Shown here: positions 1 through 12,782 of the stretch, piece after piece | How positions within the stretch are numbered: the stretch's first letter is position 1 | How the letters are laid out: each line of letters begins with the position of its first letter | Assembly (NCBI RefSeq): GCF_964213995.1 | Contig: NC_135804.1 | Coordinates: 59,210,001-59,274,000 of the forward strand | Length of the DNA: 64,000 nucleotides | DNA from: Mustelus asterias | Taxonomy: Eukaryota | Direction of reading: 5' to 3' | The notes under the pieces: model-generated | What the model saw: only the letters and a program-made list of their open reading frames with translations | What the model was told of the DNA's origin: nothing | Databases searched by the model: none | Program-made: the position numbers and the translations under genes

Positions 1-308
1 GCTTCTTACTTCAGTTGACATGCTACACAAGATTCAATTTGCATATTAAGGGACTGAATAATGTCCATATTTCTCTTAGCAGTGGCGAGTTTCGTTTCAT
101 TGAATTACGAATATTTTATTAAATAAGAGAAAACGACAAGTCAAGTGCAAGAACAAGTCTATTGATCCATCGAAATGTACTCGAATGGAATGTTTTGAGC
201 GCCCCAAACTGGTACTCTCCCTCGCAGGTTATTCTGGTGTTGTGAGAATAAATTAGTTGGACATCAATTCAGTATGGTAAATTCCGAATAATTTGAAGTA
301 ATGTTTTA

Positions 309-577
309 AAGTTTATTTATTAGTCACAAGTAAGGCTTACATTAACACTGCAATTAAGTTACTATGAAATTCCCCTCGTCGCCACAGTCCGGCGCCTGTT
401 CGGGTCAATGCACCTAACCAGCACGTCTTTCAGACTGTGGGAGGAAACTGGAGCACCCAGAGGAAACCCACGCAGACATGGGAAGAAAGTGCAAACTTCA
501 CACAGACAGTGACCCAAGCCTGGAATCGAACTCGGGTCACTGGCGCTGTAAAGCTGCAGTGCTACTGTGCCGCCCCG
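309..577 (-). mobile_element. tRNA-derived shark SINE (HE1-like head and core, different 3' tail)
   Basis: Shares the ggttcgattcc..gcttgggtcactgtctgtgtg core with other copies, but the tail differs (gtaagccttacttgtgactaataaataaac). Confidence 0.8.
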
Positions 578-808
578 ATGCTCTGCTCTGATCATATTAC
601 CCAGTTGCAGAAAACATGAGCACTAGTTTAACCAACAAATTAGGTAAAAGCAAATTACTGCGAATGCTGGAATCTGAAAGAAAAACGGCAAATGCTGGGA
701 AATCTCAGCGGGCCTGAAAGCAGCTGTGATGAGACAATATTAATTCGAGGATTTTTTTTAGGTAGCGACCGAAATGAATTAGAACTCAGCATGATTTCAA
801 TTTTGCAG

Positions 809-919
809 AGTCTGATGGCAAGTATCAGTACATTTGGATTTCTGGATGTACGGTGGGTGGATTGGCTTTTCTGATATTCATGGTCATAATTGGGACGAGA
901 GTCTGTCTGAAGAATACAG
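809..919 (+). CDS. Gene 0 (VJ-C1 inhibitory receptor paralog): transmembrane exon; V/C1 exons lie upstream of the window
   Basis: ttttgcag|AG acceptor and ACA G|gtaggt donor, phase 1/1. Translates (E)SDGKYQYIWISGCTVGGLAFLIFMVIIGTRVCLKNT, resembling the TM exons of genes A and B. Confidence 0.8.
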
Positions 920-2043
920 GTAGGTGCCACTTTACGCATTCGATTTTAATGCAAATCTTCAGGCGAACGGAGAGATCGTGCTCGGCGGCACTGTAAGCAT
1001 AAGGATTACGCAATTGTCACTTATTGGATGCAAGAAAAACCGAAATCGTGAGCGTCAACTGGGGGTGATTTTATAACGTAGTAATTGTCACAAAATTAGA
1101 ATTTAATTAATCTGATTATTTGTATATTACATTGGTAACGTCCACATTCTGGCAGATGGTAAATCAGATGGAGAAGGTTTATAATTCACTTAAAAATGTG
1201 AAAATCTGGCATCAGCAGAATACGATTAATCTGAAGACTGGCAAAAAATATCAAGTCACTGATTAATGTCCTTTAGAGACGGAGACAGATTCAACGCGGC
1301 CTGACCTATATGTGACTCCAGTCCGACAGAAGTATGCTCAATTTTTTAATAACTTCTGAAGTGGTCACGCAAGCCATTTAGTTGTATCTAGCTAATGACA
1401 GCCAGAGGGGGGACAACAAAGATGCCTGTCCGCGGCACCTACGTCTTGAGAATGAATGAAGCAAGATAGCAGCTTGACATTTTCTACACCCTTAATATTC
1501 TCACATCTTTCCATAAACAACATGGTCGAGCCGCCGCTTTGCAGGCTAAAGGATCAAATTTATTCCGACCCCGATAATGAATAATCACTCCGTATCTCTT
1601 TGAACAAACGTTTGGGTTTTATTATTAATTATCAAAATTGTATTCCGTTTTGCCATGGTCTAGAACACCCCACAGCTCGATCGTTCCCTCGTATGACACA
1701 CTGTCTTGTCCATGTGGTTTCACATCCAATATTAAAGCATTGTTAATCTGCATTAAATGGACATTTTATGTGCCCTGCCAACTAAATACTTGGTCGCTCT
1801 CAGTTTCACCTTTAGTAATATTAATAGAATCCAGGGATTTTTCTTTCCATCCCCGCTGTAGCCTGCGTCCGTGTGTGTTTCTGTGCGTGTTTCTGTGAGT
1901 GTCTCTGTTTGTGTAATTGTGTGCATGCGTGTTTCTCCAAGTGTGTGTTAAACTTTACCTAGCCTCTAAAAATACTTTTGAAGGCACAAATATGGAAAGT
2001 GACGAGAGATCGTAAGCATTGAAAGCATCTGCTTATTTTCCAG

Positions 2044-2087
2044 ATAAACAAGAAAGTGTGACAATAGTGAACACTGATGACGAGCTG
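2044..2087 (+). CDS. Gene 0: 44-nt cytoplasmic exon 1
   Basis: ttattttccag| acceptor and CTG|gtgggt donor. Translates DKQESVTIVNTDDEL. Length (44 nt) and phases (1/0) are identical to the equivalent exons of genes A and B. Confidence 0.8.
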
Positions 2088-2260
2088 GTGGGTTGACTTT
2101 TATATAAATGTTGTAATGAAGATACTTCGTCACGGTCTATTTAACTATCGGCATTTATCTCTAATTGATGCTTTATTAACATCGTGTTTTGAAAATCATT
2201 CGATGCTTGCTAGGATGCTGCTGAAGGTTGTTGAAAGAGGAAAAATGAAGGGGCAAATGA

Positions 2261-2621
2261 GGGCAGCACAGTAGTTAGCACTGCTGCCTCACAGCTCCAG
2301 GAACCGGGTTCAACCCCAGCCTTGGGCGATTGCCTACATGGAGTTTGCACGTTCTCTCCGTGCCGGCTTAGTTTCCTCCCAGAGTCCAAAAATATGCGGA
2401 TTAGGTAGATTGGTCATGCTACATTGCCCTTTAGTGTCCAAAAACGTGCCGTTTAGGTGGATTGACTTTGCTAAATTGCCCCTTATTGTCAAAAGGTATG
2501 TAAATTAGATGGATTAGCCATGACAAATGTGTGGGTTAAGGGATAGGGCGGGGGAGAAACGGAGTCAGATACTCGGTCAGAGAGTCGGTGCACATTCTTC
2601 TGCACTGTATGGATTCTATGA
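2261..2621 (+). mobile_element. Degenerate HE1-like SINE
   Basis: gggcagcacagtagttagcactgctgcctcacag head and ttctatga tail, with an internal partial duplication. Confidence 0.8.
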
Positions 2622-2770
2622 AGTTGATAGTTTCATTAACATACAGCGCTGTAATCGTCATATGTCGGACCATCTAAAGGTTGTTTTTGGGAGCTGAGAT
2701 TGCCGTTTAAAATGCTGAAATTGTATCTTGTCTGAACGCATCAATCAGCGAAAATCGGCAGGATGAAATG

Positions 2771-2990
2771 TAACCAAAAGAGAAAATGCTGGAAAATCTT
2801 AGCAGGTCTGGCAGCATCTTTAAGGAGAGAAAAGAGTTGACGCTTCGGGTCCAGACGACCCTTTGTCAAAGCTCTGGACTCGAAACGTCAGCTCTTTTCT
2901 ATCCTTACAGATGCTGCCAGACCTGCTGAGATTTTCCAGCATTTTCTCTTTCGGTTTCAGATTCCAGCATCCGCAGTAATTTGCTTTTAT
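2771..2990. mobile_element. Short palindromic element (Penelope-terminus-like or MITE-like) with 11-bp flanking direct repeat; second copy at 3473-3692, half copy at about 647-735
   Basis: Inverted arms of about 80 bp (agagaaaatgctggaaaatct...agattttccagcattttctct), flanked by aggatgaaatg at 2760-2770 and 2991-3001. Confidence 0.75.
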
Positions 2991-3177
2991 AGGATGAAAT
3001 GCAAGTTCCAATTGACACTGTATTTACCGACACATCTTTAAATATAGTCACGGTCAGTTCTGCATTTAATACGTAGGCCATGTCCCATTTATGTTCAGTG
3101 TTTAATCAGAAATTTTAATTCTGGTGACACCAATTAACTTACCAGATAACGAAATGTTTTCGTTCTGTCACACGCAG

Positions 3178-3342
3178 ACAGCTCAGCACAAGGTTGTGAC
3201 ATATGCTGCAGTGGATTTGAATAAGTCCACTAAAACTCCAAGACGTAAAGCTAAAGAGGAGGTGACAACGTACGCTCAGGTGCGTATGAGAAGTAGAGAA
3301 GGGACAGTATCGAACACCTGCGAAGAGCTAACAGTAATGTAA
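3178..3342 (+). CDS. Gene 0: terminal cytoplasmic exon with ITIM (VTYAAV) and ITSM (TTYAQV), copy 1
   Basis: ttctgtcacacgcag| phase-0 acceptor. Translates TAQHKVVTYAAVDLNKSTKTPRRKAKEEVTTYAQVRMRSREGTVSNTCEELTVM*. Confidence 0.85.
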   Translation, partial: TAQHKVVTYAAVDLNKSTKTPRRKAKEEVTTYAQVRMRSREGTVSNTCEELTVM

Positions 3343-3879
3343 TAGCGGAGTACTTGACGTTGCTGTGACTTTGTGTCGCATCGAAGGGCGTTTGTACATT
3401 TTCGCCGTTTAAAGTGCTGAAATTGTATCTTGTCTGAACGCATCAATAAGCGAAAATCGGCAGGATGAAATGTAACCAAAAGAGAAAATGCTGGAAAATC
3501 TTAGCAGGTCTGGCAGCATCTGTAAGGAGAGAAAAGAGTTGACGCTTCGAGTCCTGACGACCCTTTGTCAAAGCTCTGGACTCGAAACGTCAGCTCTTTT
3601 CTCTCCTTACAGTTGCTGCCAGACCTGCTGAGATTTTGCAACATTTTCTCTTTCGGTTTCAGATTCCAGCATCCGCAGTAATTTGCTTTTATAGGATGAA
3701 ATGCAAGTTCCAATTGACACTTTATTTACCGACACATCTTTAAAGATAGTCACGGTCAGTTCTGCATTTAATGCGTAGGGCATGTCTCATTGATGTTCAG
3801 TGTTTAATCAGAAATTTTAATTCTGGTGACACCAATTAACTTACCAGATAACGAAATGTTTCCGTTCTGTCACACGCAG

Positions 3880-4044
3880 ACAGCTCAGCACAAGGTTGTG
3901 ACATATGCTGCAGTGGATTTGAATAAGTCCACTAAAACTCCAAGACGTAAAGCTAAAGAGGAGGTGACAACGTACGCTCAGGTGCGTCTGAGAAGTAGAG
4001 AAGGGACAGTATCGAACACCTGCGAAGAGCTAACAGTAATGTAA
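3880..4044 (+). CDS. Gene 0: duplicated terminal ITIM/ITSM exon, copy 2
   Basis: Same acceptor and ORF as 3178-3342, offset by 702 bp, with a single M>L change. Confidence 0.6.
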   Translation, partial: TAQHKVVTYAAVDLNKSTKTPRRKAKEEVTTYAQVRLRSREGTVSNTCEELTVM

Positions 4045-4178
4045 TAGCGGAGTACTTGACGTTGCTGTGACTTTGTGTCGCATCGAAGGGCGTTTGTACA
4101 TTTTCCTGATAACCCTGACTTCAACTGCAAATTGGTAAAAATGACAAATCAATTATCCCTTTAAACATTTTTTTTCAG

Positions 4179-4300
4179 ATAAAACAAGGAACAGCCCGGA
4201 CAAGATAACACATACGGCTCTAGAATTGTTTGAATTTGAGACAGGGAGATTATTAGAAGTAACTAAAGAAGCGAACAATATACCGAACCACAGACGAAAA
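4179..4300 (+). pseudogene. Possible decayed paralogous ITIM/ITSM exon
   Basis: Strong tttttttttcag acceptor. Reads KITHTALEL (compare LTYAEVEL and VTYAAVDL), with a T-I-Y 23 codons later after a +1 frameshift. Confidence 0.35.
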
Positions 4301-6086
4301 CCCAAAGGGAGCAACAAAGGAGATATAGAGAGAAGCAGCAACCAAATGGAGTCACGAGCTTGGGCACAGAAGTCAGTTATTGTTGTATATCTGTGCCGCA
4401 TCTATATTAATTTCACTAAAAATGAAAGCTGGTGGGTTGGAAAAGAGCAGGGGCTCCAAGGTTTACTGGCTCAGCAGCGAAAGTATAAATAATTTATATG
4501 CGCATGTATATCAGTATTTACAATCACTGATGTGTAACATCGTAGTATATAAAAAATTATTTGATTCTTTAATTATTTGGAGATTATTAGTCAGCAATAT
4601 AAATACATGTAAGGAAAAACACTTTTAAAGTAAATTCTGTATTATTGGATATTTAGCTGTTATTCACTTTTGCAATTATAAGGTATACCAGTTGTCATAC
4701 TGTAACTATCTTATTATAATATTCAACAATGGATTTCTTAAACCTACTTACATAAGTTTTTGTATATTTCCTTCAAAAAGACGTTCATGTCTCAAAGAAC
4801 AACTGCAGTCTAATAACGTCAAGTGCAACATTATCTCATCAGTTTTTTATTTAAGCCTCGAAGGGTTCTATTTGTATGGTAGCATTTTTAAATACTTATG
4901 CAGCCACACAGCAAGGTACGTGCTCCTCTGCCCGACTTCGAATCTAACTATTTAAGGCTCTTCGGTTTCTCCCCCAATTATGGACACCTTCAAACATTTT
5001 TTACTCTCTACATTTACATTTTTTATTTTCTACATGGGCTTAACCGCCCAACCTACAATGACGATCAGTATTCCGCTGCAGGATTTCACATTCGCCATAC
5101 TCTCCTACGCATTATATAATAGCTTCAAAATTGGATGCTAACCCCTGAATTCTGATGAACCGATGACTTACATGTCTCATAAAGTAGAACAGCACCAAAT
5201 CATGCTGTGCAACACCGGTCATTAAATATTTAAATTCTAGAAGCTTGCTTTTATAATTGTGCTTTGTTTTCCATCTGGCAGTACTTGTGACTAGATTCAA
5301 CTTACTTCTACGTGGTGCCCTCTTTCATGATTTCTTATCAAACGCCTTCCGAAAACCCCTGTAAGTCACATCCACAAATTTCCTTTTTTTTTTACCTTTG
5401 TTATTTCTCAAAGAATTACCTAAGAGAAACCAAGCACAGTCTGCTTGTAAAAAAATGGGTGCTCATCGGGTCTTGCTGAATTTGTGTTTCTATAAAGGTC
5501 TGGCAAATTTTCTCAAGTGATAAAGTGTCCATTACTTGTAAGTAAATGTTCAAGAACTGTTTTAATACGATTGTGTTTCAAATTATCATCGCATTAGGCT
5601 TTGTCGTGCAATAACAGCACATGCTTCAGCAACCTTTCGATAACTAAATGATGAAACATTCGCGCGAGCAGTGAAAAAGTTAACGCGTGGAAGCGATCAG
5701 CTAAATGTTCCGCCTTGTGCTGTTACTATATCGACAAACATTGCGAAACATTAAGACAGGCGTGTTGATTTCTTAAAGCGAGACATGGCTCAATAGCTCA
5801 TTTCCGCTGCAGCAGTGCAAGCTTTAAATTTAGCTGTTAATTGCAACACTCTAAAAATATAAGCATGTACCCGGTGTTGCGAAGCGACGGTTATTGCACC
5901 TCACTTTCCAGTGTAATTGCAGAAACAGAAAATATTTACATGACACGGATACTATATTTGATATTTACCATTGTAAACTTTCCTAACTCATTATCAATTT
6001 GAATCTATAATTGCGACACGTTAAGGCGGCGAAATTGTTCCTATCATTTTCAACTTCCAATGTTACATCAGTAGGTTTAAGTAATG

Positions 6087-6419
6087 GGCGGCACGGTAGC
6101 ACAGTGGTTAGCACTGCTGCTTCACAGCTCCAGGGTCCTGGGTTCGATTCCCGGCTTGGGTCACTGTCTGTGTGCAGTTTGCACATTCTCCTCGTGTCTG
6201 CGTGGGTTTCCTCCGGGTGCTCCGGTTTCCTCCCACAGTCCAAAGATGTGCGGGTTAGGTTGATTGGCCATGCTAAAATTGCCCCTTAGTGTCTTGAGAT
6301 GCGTAGGTTAAAGGGATTAGTGGATGGATATGGGGGTAGGGCCTGGGTGGGATTGTGGTCGGTGCAGACTCGATGGGCCGAATGGCCTCTTTCTGTGCTG
6401 TAGTGTTTCTATTCTATGA
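6087..6419 (+). mobile_element. HE1-like SINE
   Basis: gggcggcacggtagcacagtggttagc A-box, ggttcgattcc B-box, and a CR1-like 3' tail (gggccgaatggcct...ttctatga). Confidence 0.92.
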
Positions 6420-7362
6420 GTATTGTGGCGCATCGACCCGTGCGCCTGAAAATCCCGCTTTGAGCCCCACACCGGACTTGTTGGCCAAGCAAAATGCGCT
6501 GATAACGTGGGTCAGCAGGGTGATTGTTAACCTGAACATCCTGCCTATGGCAGAAGGTAAGAACGGGAGGGTTTCCTTGTCAGCTAGAATTGTGTTGCAG
6601 CTGCTGCGCAACAGCCCCCTCACGTTAAAGACGGCCAAACGCAGGTTCCTAACACGGCCTGTGCTCCGAGAGTTGCGCGTTCCAGGCTTTGAGGGCCTAC
6701 CAAAGACAGTAATTATGCAATGAGTGCATTGGCCTAAGTACGACTTCTGGCCGTTTACTTATCTTCACAGATGATTTAGCATGCAAAGTCTGCCCTGGTG
6801 GAATGGAATGGTCTGCAATGCTGTAAGAACTGATCACATGGCATCCAGCTTTTAAGTTGTGGACACATTCCCAAAACGTCAAAAGGATTTGGTTAAAGTG
6901 ATGAAATTTTTATTTAATCATCTTTTGATTGACAAAATTTGAAGAGAAGCGTTGCTAATTACTGTAGTCCAAACGTTGTAGTTTATAATTTCTTAGAGGA
7001 CATCTTGCTGTTCTGTTTCATCTGTATTATGGCCATTCTTTGCTTTTTACTGAACGCAGTATGGGCTTGAAAAATTGCGCTTAGACTTTCCGAACACGCT
7101 GCATTTGTTTACACTCAAGGGAGTGGAAAATTTAGATCTCACCAACAGAAGCTCGATTAATGCCCAAAATACATGCGTGACTACTTACGCGCGGACGCAC
7201 AGACACGTAAGCCCAATTCACAGTCTTTGTGGAGATCTATTTGAAAAATATCTAATCTGCAATATCAAAGTGCATACATTATTGAAAGGGTCAACTTAAC
7301 AATGAAAAACGGCACCGTCTTGGGAGACTCACGAGGGGCAAAATCCATTCCTTAGCTGCTTA

Positions 7363-7702
7363 ATCATAGAATCCCTACAGTACAGAAAGAGGCCATTCGG
7401 CCCATCGAGTCTGCACCGACCACAATCCCACCCAGGCCCTACCCCCATATCCCTACATATTTACCCACTAATCCCTCTAACCTTCACATCCCAGGACACT
7501 AAGGGCAATTTTTAGCATGGCCAATCAACCTAACCTGCACATCTTTGGACTGTGGGAAGAAACCGGAGCACCCGGAGGAAACCCACGCAGACACGAGGAG
7601 AATGTGCAAACTCCACACAGAGAGTGACCCAAGCCGGGAATCGAACCCAGGACCCTGGAGCTGTGAAGCAGCAGTGCTAACCACTGTGCTACCGTGCCGC
7701 CC
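7363..7702 (-). mobile_element. HE1-like SINE
   Basis: Near-identical reverse complement of 6087-6419. Confidence 0.92.
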
Positions 7703-10384
7703 ATGTGCTACCGTGCTTGTATCTTAACCCATCAAACTCGTTTTACCTTTTCACCAATCACTATCCCTATATGCACGATGCCGTGGATATGTCGCTTCAT
7801 GCATTTTATACCATAGTTACGAGTTTGAGAGTGAGAAGGTTGGTTCTCAGATACACCCAATACATGATTTCTACTTACAAGAAGCAGGGCATCATATAAA
7901 TAGCCACGTATCTCACTGACAGCGTCATAAGAGCTGATAGAAGTGACCTAAATGTAAGATAGGTAGCATGACATTTACAGAGTGTGAACGTTGTAAACAG
8001 TGGCAGCAAGGACCTCATCCGGTTTAGCCATAAGTCGATGGCATTTGCAGTCGAGATACAGCGATGCTTCTTGCCGCACAAAATTATTTCCCTCCAGTCG
8101 ACGAAGGCAGAACGAAGCTGCATGTGTATTTAGCTTGAAATCACAGACAGTTAGATAGGAGGAGATGCACATGTTCATTCATCTACCGTCAAGCACATCG
8201 CAGCGGTTGTCGGATTTTCAAAGAGAAGTCAGTTTAAACCTTATTCCTGAAGTATCCAGGAGACACACTCTTTTGGCACAAACACGCCCTGATGATCATT
8301 TGAGCAATTTCTTTCTCTTTGGCCTATTAAGTATTTTGACATTTGAGTTTTTAAAATCTAAAATACAAGAACTCTGCTTGATTTTGCGATCAGTTATCTC
8401 GAATTGTCCTCAGAAGGAAGACGGATCGTTCAAACATCTCTGAATGCTCGCTAGTGACTTGGTGAACAACGAGTCTCCGGAAGCAGTGCTGAACCATACT
8501 GCACATGGGGTTCCTAATGTCCGTTGACATAATGTTTATGCACTGGAATTCTACAGTTCATCTCAGATGTTGTGAGCTTAATTTGGAATTCGTGCACGGG
8601 GAAGATCAGTTGGTGTTGTGGTAGATCTTGTAGCCTGATTATGCGCCAATGGACTGGGGAGAGCAAAATAGCTAAAACTCCCACCTTAAATGACTGTTAG
8701 TGTTGCACCTAAAATAAAATCATTGGACAAGCATATGTTAACACTGCAAGGCGAGGTCTCGATATGAAGCGATCGTTAGATTTTAGATTATTTTCTCCTT
8801 TTATTCTTTCTATCCATCTTTCTTTTTCTCCTTTCTCCCTCTTTAGTCGCAGTCTCTGATCTGCTGTTGGGTCTCCAACCGCGCAATTTCCATTGTTTGG
8901 TCTACAGACGGATTCACGTTGATAGAGCTTTTGTTTATAGCAAATTAAAAAATTCAAATCCAGAATAATAACAAAATGGTATTGATGCACTCCCGCATTA
9001 TTTGGTTTTGACGAACAGTTGATGTGAAGTATGGGCAATATTAATGTTACTGCACACAATGAGGATGTCTAAGAAGGCGGAACTTTTCCTTGTCAAGTTT
9101 CTTGAACACTCGAAATGTTTGTTTGTTGGAAGCGCTTTTTGCCCAACAAGGTATTGCCACCAAACCCAGTTCACTCTTTAACCTGATTGTTTCCAAGCGA
9201 GAAGGACGCGATATAAACGAAGTTCTGTCCGGCCTACCTGACATAACCTTAAGATGTGGAACTGAAGCCCAAATACTTTCTTGCACAAAGTTGGTCAAAA
9301 TACAGTACATGTTTTCTCCAGTTGTTATGAATGGCTTAAGCTATGCAGCTGGGATGAAGCTAAGGCGCAGATAAATCTAAGCCTTTTGAACATAAAGCTT
9401 TATTTAGAGGATCACTTGGCGCATCTATATCTACCAGCTAGAAACCAACGATTCCCCTATTACAACATTTCATTATCCCTTCAATTATTTCAGAGTGCTG
9501 CCTTCACTTTGGCATTTCAAGTCCTCTTCCATCATGGACCAGACCTGTGTGGCTTAATGCTTTTCATTCTTTTGCCTTTGGCATCTATATGGCATTGCAA
9601 GGTTATAGAGGCTGGTGATTATTTTTTTCTACAAGTGCTACCTGTTAGCTAGGAAAATCTAGGCTATTGACTTAAGGTTGTTGTAGTGCAATGTGCCTCC
9701 AGGTCAATATGACGTGATATTTACAGAAGAGATTGGAGGTGATTGCATTCTCTTGACGTTGCTGCTCTCATTCTGCTCAGTGGCGGGGATCGTACTGCTG
9801 TGGTGTCCAATAACATCGCCCTTAGAAAACTTCTAAAGTAGCTTGCGTCTGCAGCCGGATGCTGCTTTGAATTTCCATCACAGTGCCTGTTTCACATCGG
9901 CTGGTGCAACCAGTCAACTGCACTACATTTAATCAATCAGCCTGAAATTTCACTTCCGTCTATATCCGCTCATTTAAAATAAATATCCAAAACTTCATAA
10001 TGTGCGACTGTGAGACATATGAGCACTGCATGTGTTAATTACTTTATTAATAATACGGTGAATTCGAGTGAGGAAGTCAGTTTTCACAACGTGATACTGC
10101 ATGACACAATGATAATGAACTCCTAAGCCGCAATCTTTCCCAGAATCATACAGACATGGGTATTATTAAACAACCGATGATTATTCAATGTTCATGGTGT
10201 AACAATGCTAATTGAAGTTCTTATGGAATGGTTTCAGGAAATACATTGGTGGCAACGATTTACATTGGTGACAAATATTACTATAATTAATCGTGTTATA
10301 ATTTTGCACCCCGGAACATTATTTATGCATCCGCAGCTCTGAAGTACCTGTTAAGTCCAATGATATTATGAGTTGAACATGCCC

Positions 10385-11069
10385 ACAGATGGTGATCAAG
10401 AAGGCGAATGGAATGTTGGCCTTTATCGCGAGGGGGATAGAATATAAAAGCAGGGAGGTCTTGCTGCGACTGTACAAGGCACTGGTGAGGCCGCAACTGG
10501 AGTACTGTGTGCAGTTTTGGTCCCCTTATTTGCGAAAGGATATATTGGCCTTGGAGGGAGTGCAGAGAAGGTTCACCAGGTTGATACCGGAGATGAGGGG
10601 TGTGGCTTATGAGGAGAGATTAAACAGATTGGGTCTGTACTCGTTGGAGTTTAGAAGGATGAGGGGTGATCTTATAGAGACATGTAAGATAATGAAGGGA
10701 CTGGATAGGGTAGAGGTGGAGAGATTCTTTCCACTTAGAAGGGAAACCAGAACTAGAGGGCACAGCCTCAAAATAAGGGGGGGGGGCGGTTCAGAACAGA
10801 GTTGAGGGGGAACTTCTTCTCTCAGAGGGTAGTGAATCTCTGGAATTCTCTGCCCATTGAAGTGGTGGAGGCTACCTCGTTGAATATGTTTAAATCACGG
10901 GTAGATAGTTTTCTGATCGATAAGGGAATTAGGGGTTATGGGGAGCAGGCGGGTAAGTGGAACTGATTCGCTTCAGATCAGCCATGATCTTGTTGAATGG
11001 CGGGGCAGGCTCGAAGGGTCAGGTGGCCTACTCCTGCTCCTATTTCTTATGTTCTTATGTTCTTATGTT
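10385..11069 (+). mobile_element. CR1-clade LINE, 5'-truncated 3' end
   Basis: ORF2 C-terminus LVRPQLEYCVQFWSP and LEFRRMRGDLIE, ending in a (ttcttatg)n tail. Confidence 0.93.
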
Positions 11070-12782
11070 GAGAGATTGCAGCCTCTCAGACACAGGTGGA
11101 CATAGCAACAGCCCGGTTGTTCGGTGTTGTGAGGTAAATCGAGATGACCGGTACTGTCTTAACTATAAACAATACAAAACTCATGACACAGAAATCTCTG
11201 TATAGAGACATAACATTTCTTCAAAACAAAAACAAGCAGCTGCAAGGAGATCACAAAAAAGGGTTATTTAGCTCTGAGATACAATCTCTCTGGTGAATCT
11301 AACGTATACAATCAAAAACAGGTCAATTATAGATTCTCTTATCAATAATTCCCGCCTTATATTAACTTGAAATCAATTACATTTATCATACACACATCAA
11401 TAACAATCCCTAACATTCACCTCAGCTAATTGCATTTTACCATTCAGCATAATGATATGGCATGCATCCATGTAATTCGGACGCTAACTCCTATCTTGGC
11501 TAAAGTCACTTCCTTTTTGCCTGGTTACCCTAGACGCTACTACAGAGGTCATAGTCGACGTTCCCACTGAATCATTGCCAAACTGGATAGACATGTGAGC
11601 CCGTGTCTGGGCACGTCCCCATCCTAAGCCTAGACAATGACTATTTCTATTCATTGATGTTGCAATATGTGTTCCCGCATAAGAAACTTTCCTGATATGA
11701 ACTTTGCTAACTACGCGTTCCCAGGCCTTTGACTCTGAACTATTCGCCTTTACTATCATCCCTTGCAGTAACCTGCTTTCGCCTGAAGTGAACACTGTTT
11801 TATACAACACTTAAAATACATTAAAATATCAATATACATGTTTTAAAATCATAATTACTTCTTTAACTCACTTACTGATTTCACATATGTGTAAACTATT
11901 CTCTCATTAGCTTATTAACATGTTCTAAAAATCACTCAACCCTTTACTGGTAGTCCTGTCAGTGTCTTAATGTATTCTGTTTAAAAACCTTATCAACTGG
12001 TTAGAAATTTCCCACATCATTATGTCTCCCCCAACAATTGTTTTTAATCTTATTACCTGTCCCTTTGCCCCCCCCCCCCCCATAACATGAATATTCTACA
12101 TCGCATGGCCCCAACTGTTTCCCTCTTTTTCCTTTGTTGTGTTGTGAATATATTTTCCTGGAAGCTCTACCTAATTTCTGCAGACTGTTGAATTCAAGAC
12201 CTGCTCCTCCTGAAGTCTTCCTAACCCTGCTCGTACTTTGCTTCCTCTGATGTTGGGAGGATTGTTGTTTTTCTATCAGTTGAATTAGTATCAGTAATAA
12301 CCGCCTCCTGATTTATCTTGTTTTCCATCTGACGCTTTGTCATCCCAACACCGAACTTGCCCGTGAATTGCAGTTTCTTAATATAAAGGAAATTGCAACG
12401 CATGGTGCATGTGGCATTGAACGTGGAACATTGTGACCCTCCTTTCACAATTACAGACGCCCATAAAATATACCAAGTTGCATTGGAAAGCTCAAACGAT
12501 TCCACAAAAGTATTTAATCAAGTACAACATATTATGCAACTTTGAAGATACCTTACAAAAGAAGTTTGAAGTTGCCTTGAGTTGATGTGATAAGGGTTAA
12601 ATAATCTACCTGAAGCATACGCCTTCAGCTTACTCTTTAAACTCGGCCGATGGCACCAGAATCAGTAGAGTATCGTCTCATACGTCACCACTTCACACTG
12701 TTCATCAGGTTATGCGTGGCGCTATTTCTCCTCAGATCGAGACTTTCGTGTTATCTTCACATGTCCAGTACCTATCGCTAAA

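Larger units (their letters stand above)
2702..4105 (+). repeat. Head-to-tail 702-bp tandem duplication (2702-3403 / 3404-4105)
   Basis: Direct alignment by eye gives about 17 mismatches and no indels. Confidence 0.95.

Noticed and set aside
762-874. Alternative acceptor (ttttttttag) and ORF 692-874 as the gene 0 TM exon
   Set aside because: That frame stops at 874 and lacks a proper TM. The 809 acceptor gives a paralog-like TM in the correct phase.
6099-6110. CACAGTG heptamer (also in other SINE copies) as a V(D)J recombination signal
   Set aside because: It lies in the SINE A-box region (gcacagtggttagc), has no nonamer at 12/23 spacing, and does not flank a V or J segment. The V exons are already joined.
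6087-6160. tRNA gene
   Set aside because: The tRNA-like A/B boxes are SINE heads continuous with the SINE core and tail.
9047-9652. Overlapping ORFs of 87-123 aa
   Set aside because: No recognisable motifs, non-ATG starts and no consistent splice structure.
11125-12087. Possible solo LTR (tgt...ataaca) upstream of gene A
   Set aside because: No matching target-site duplication or second copy was found, so it cannot be supported.
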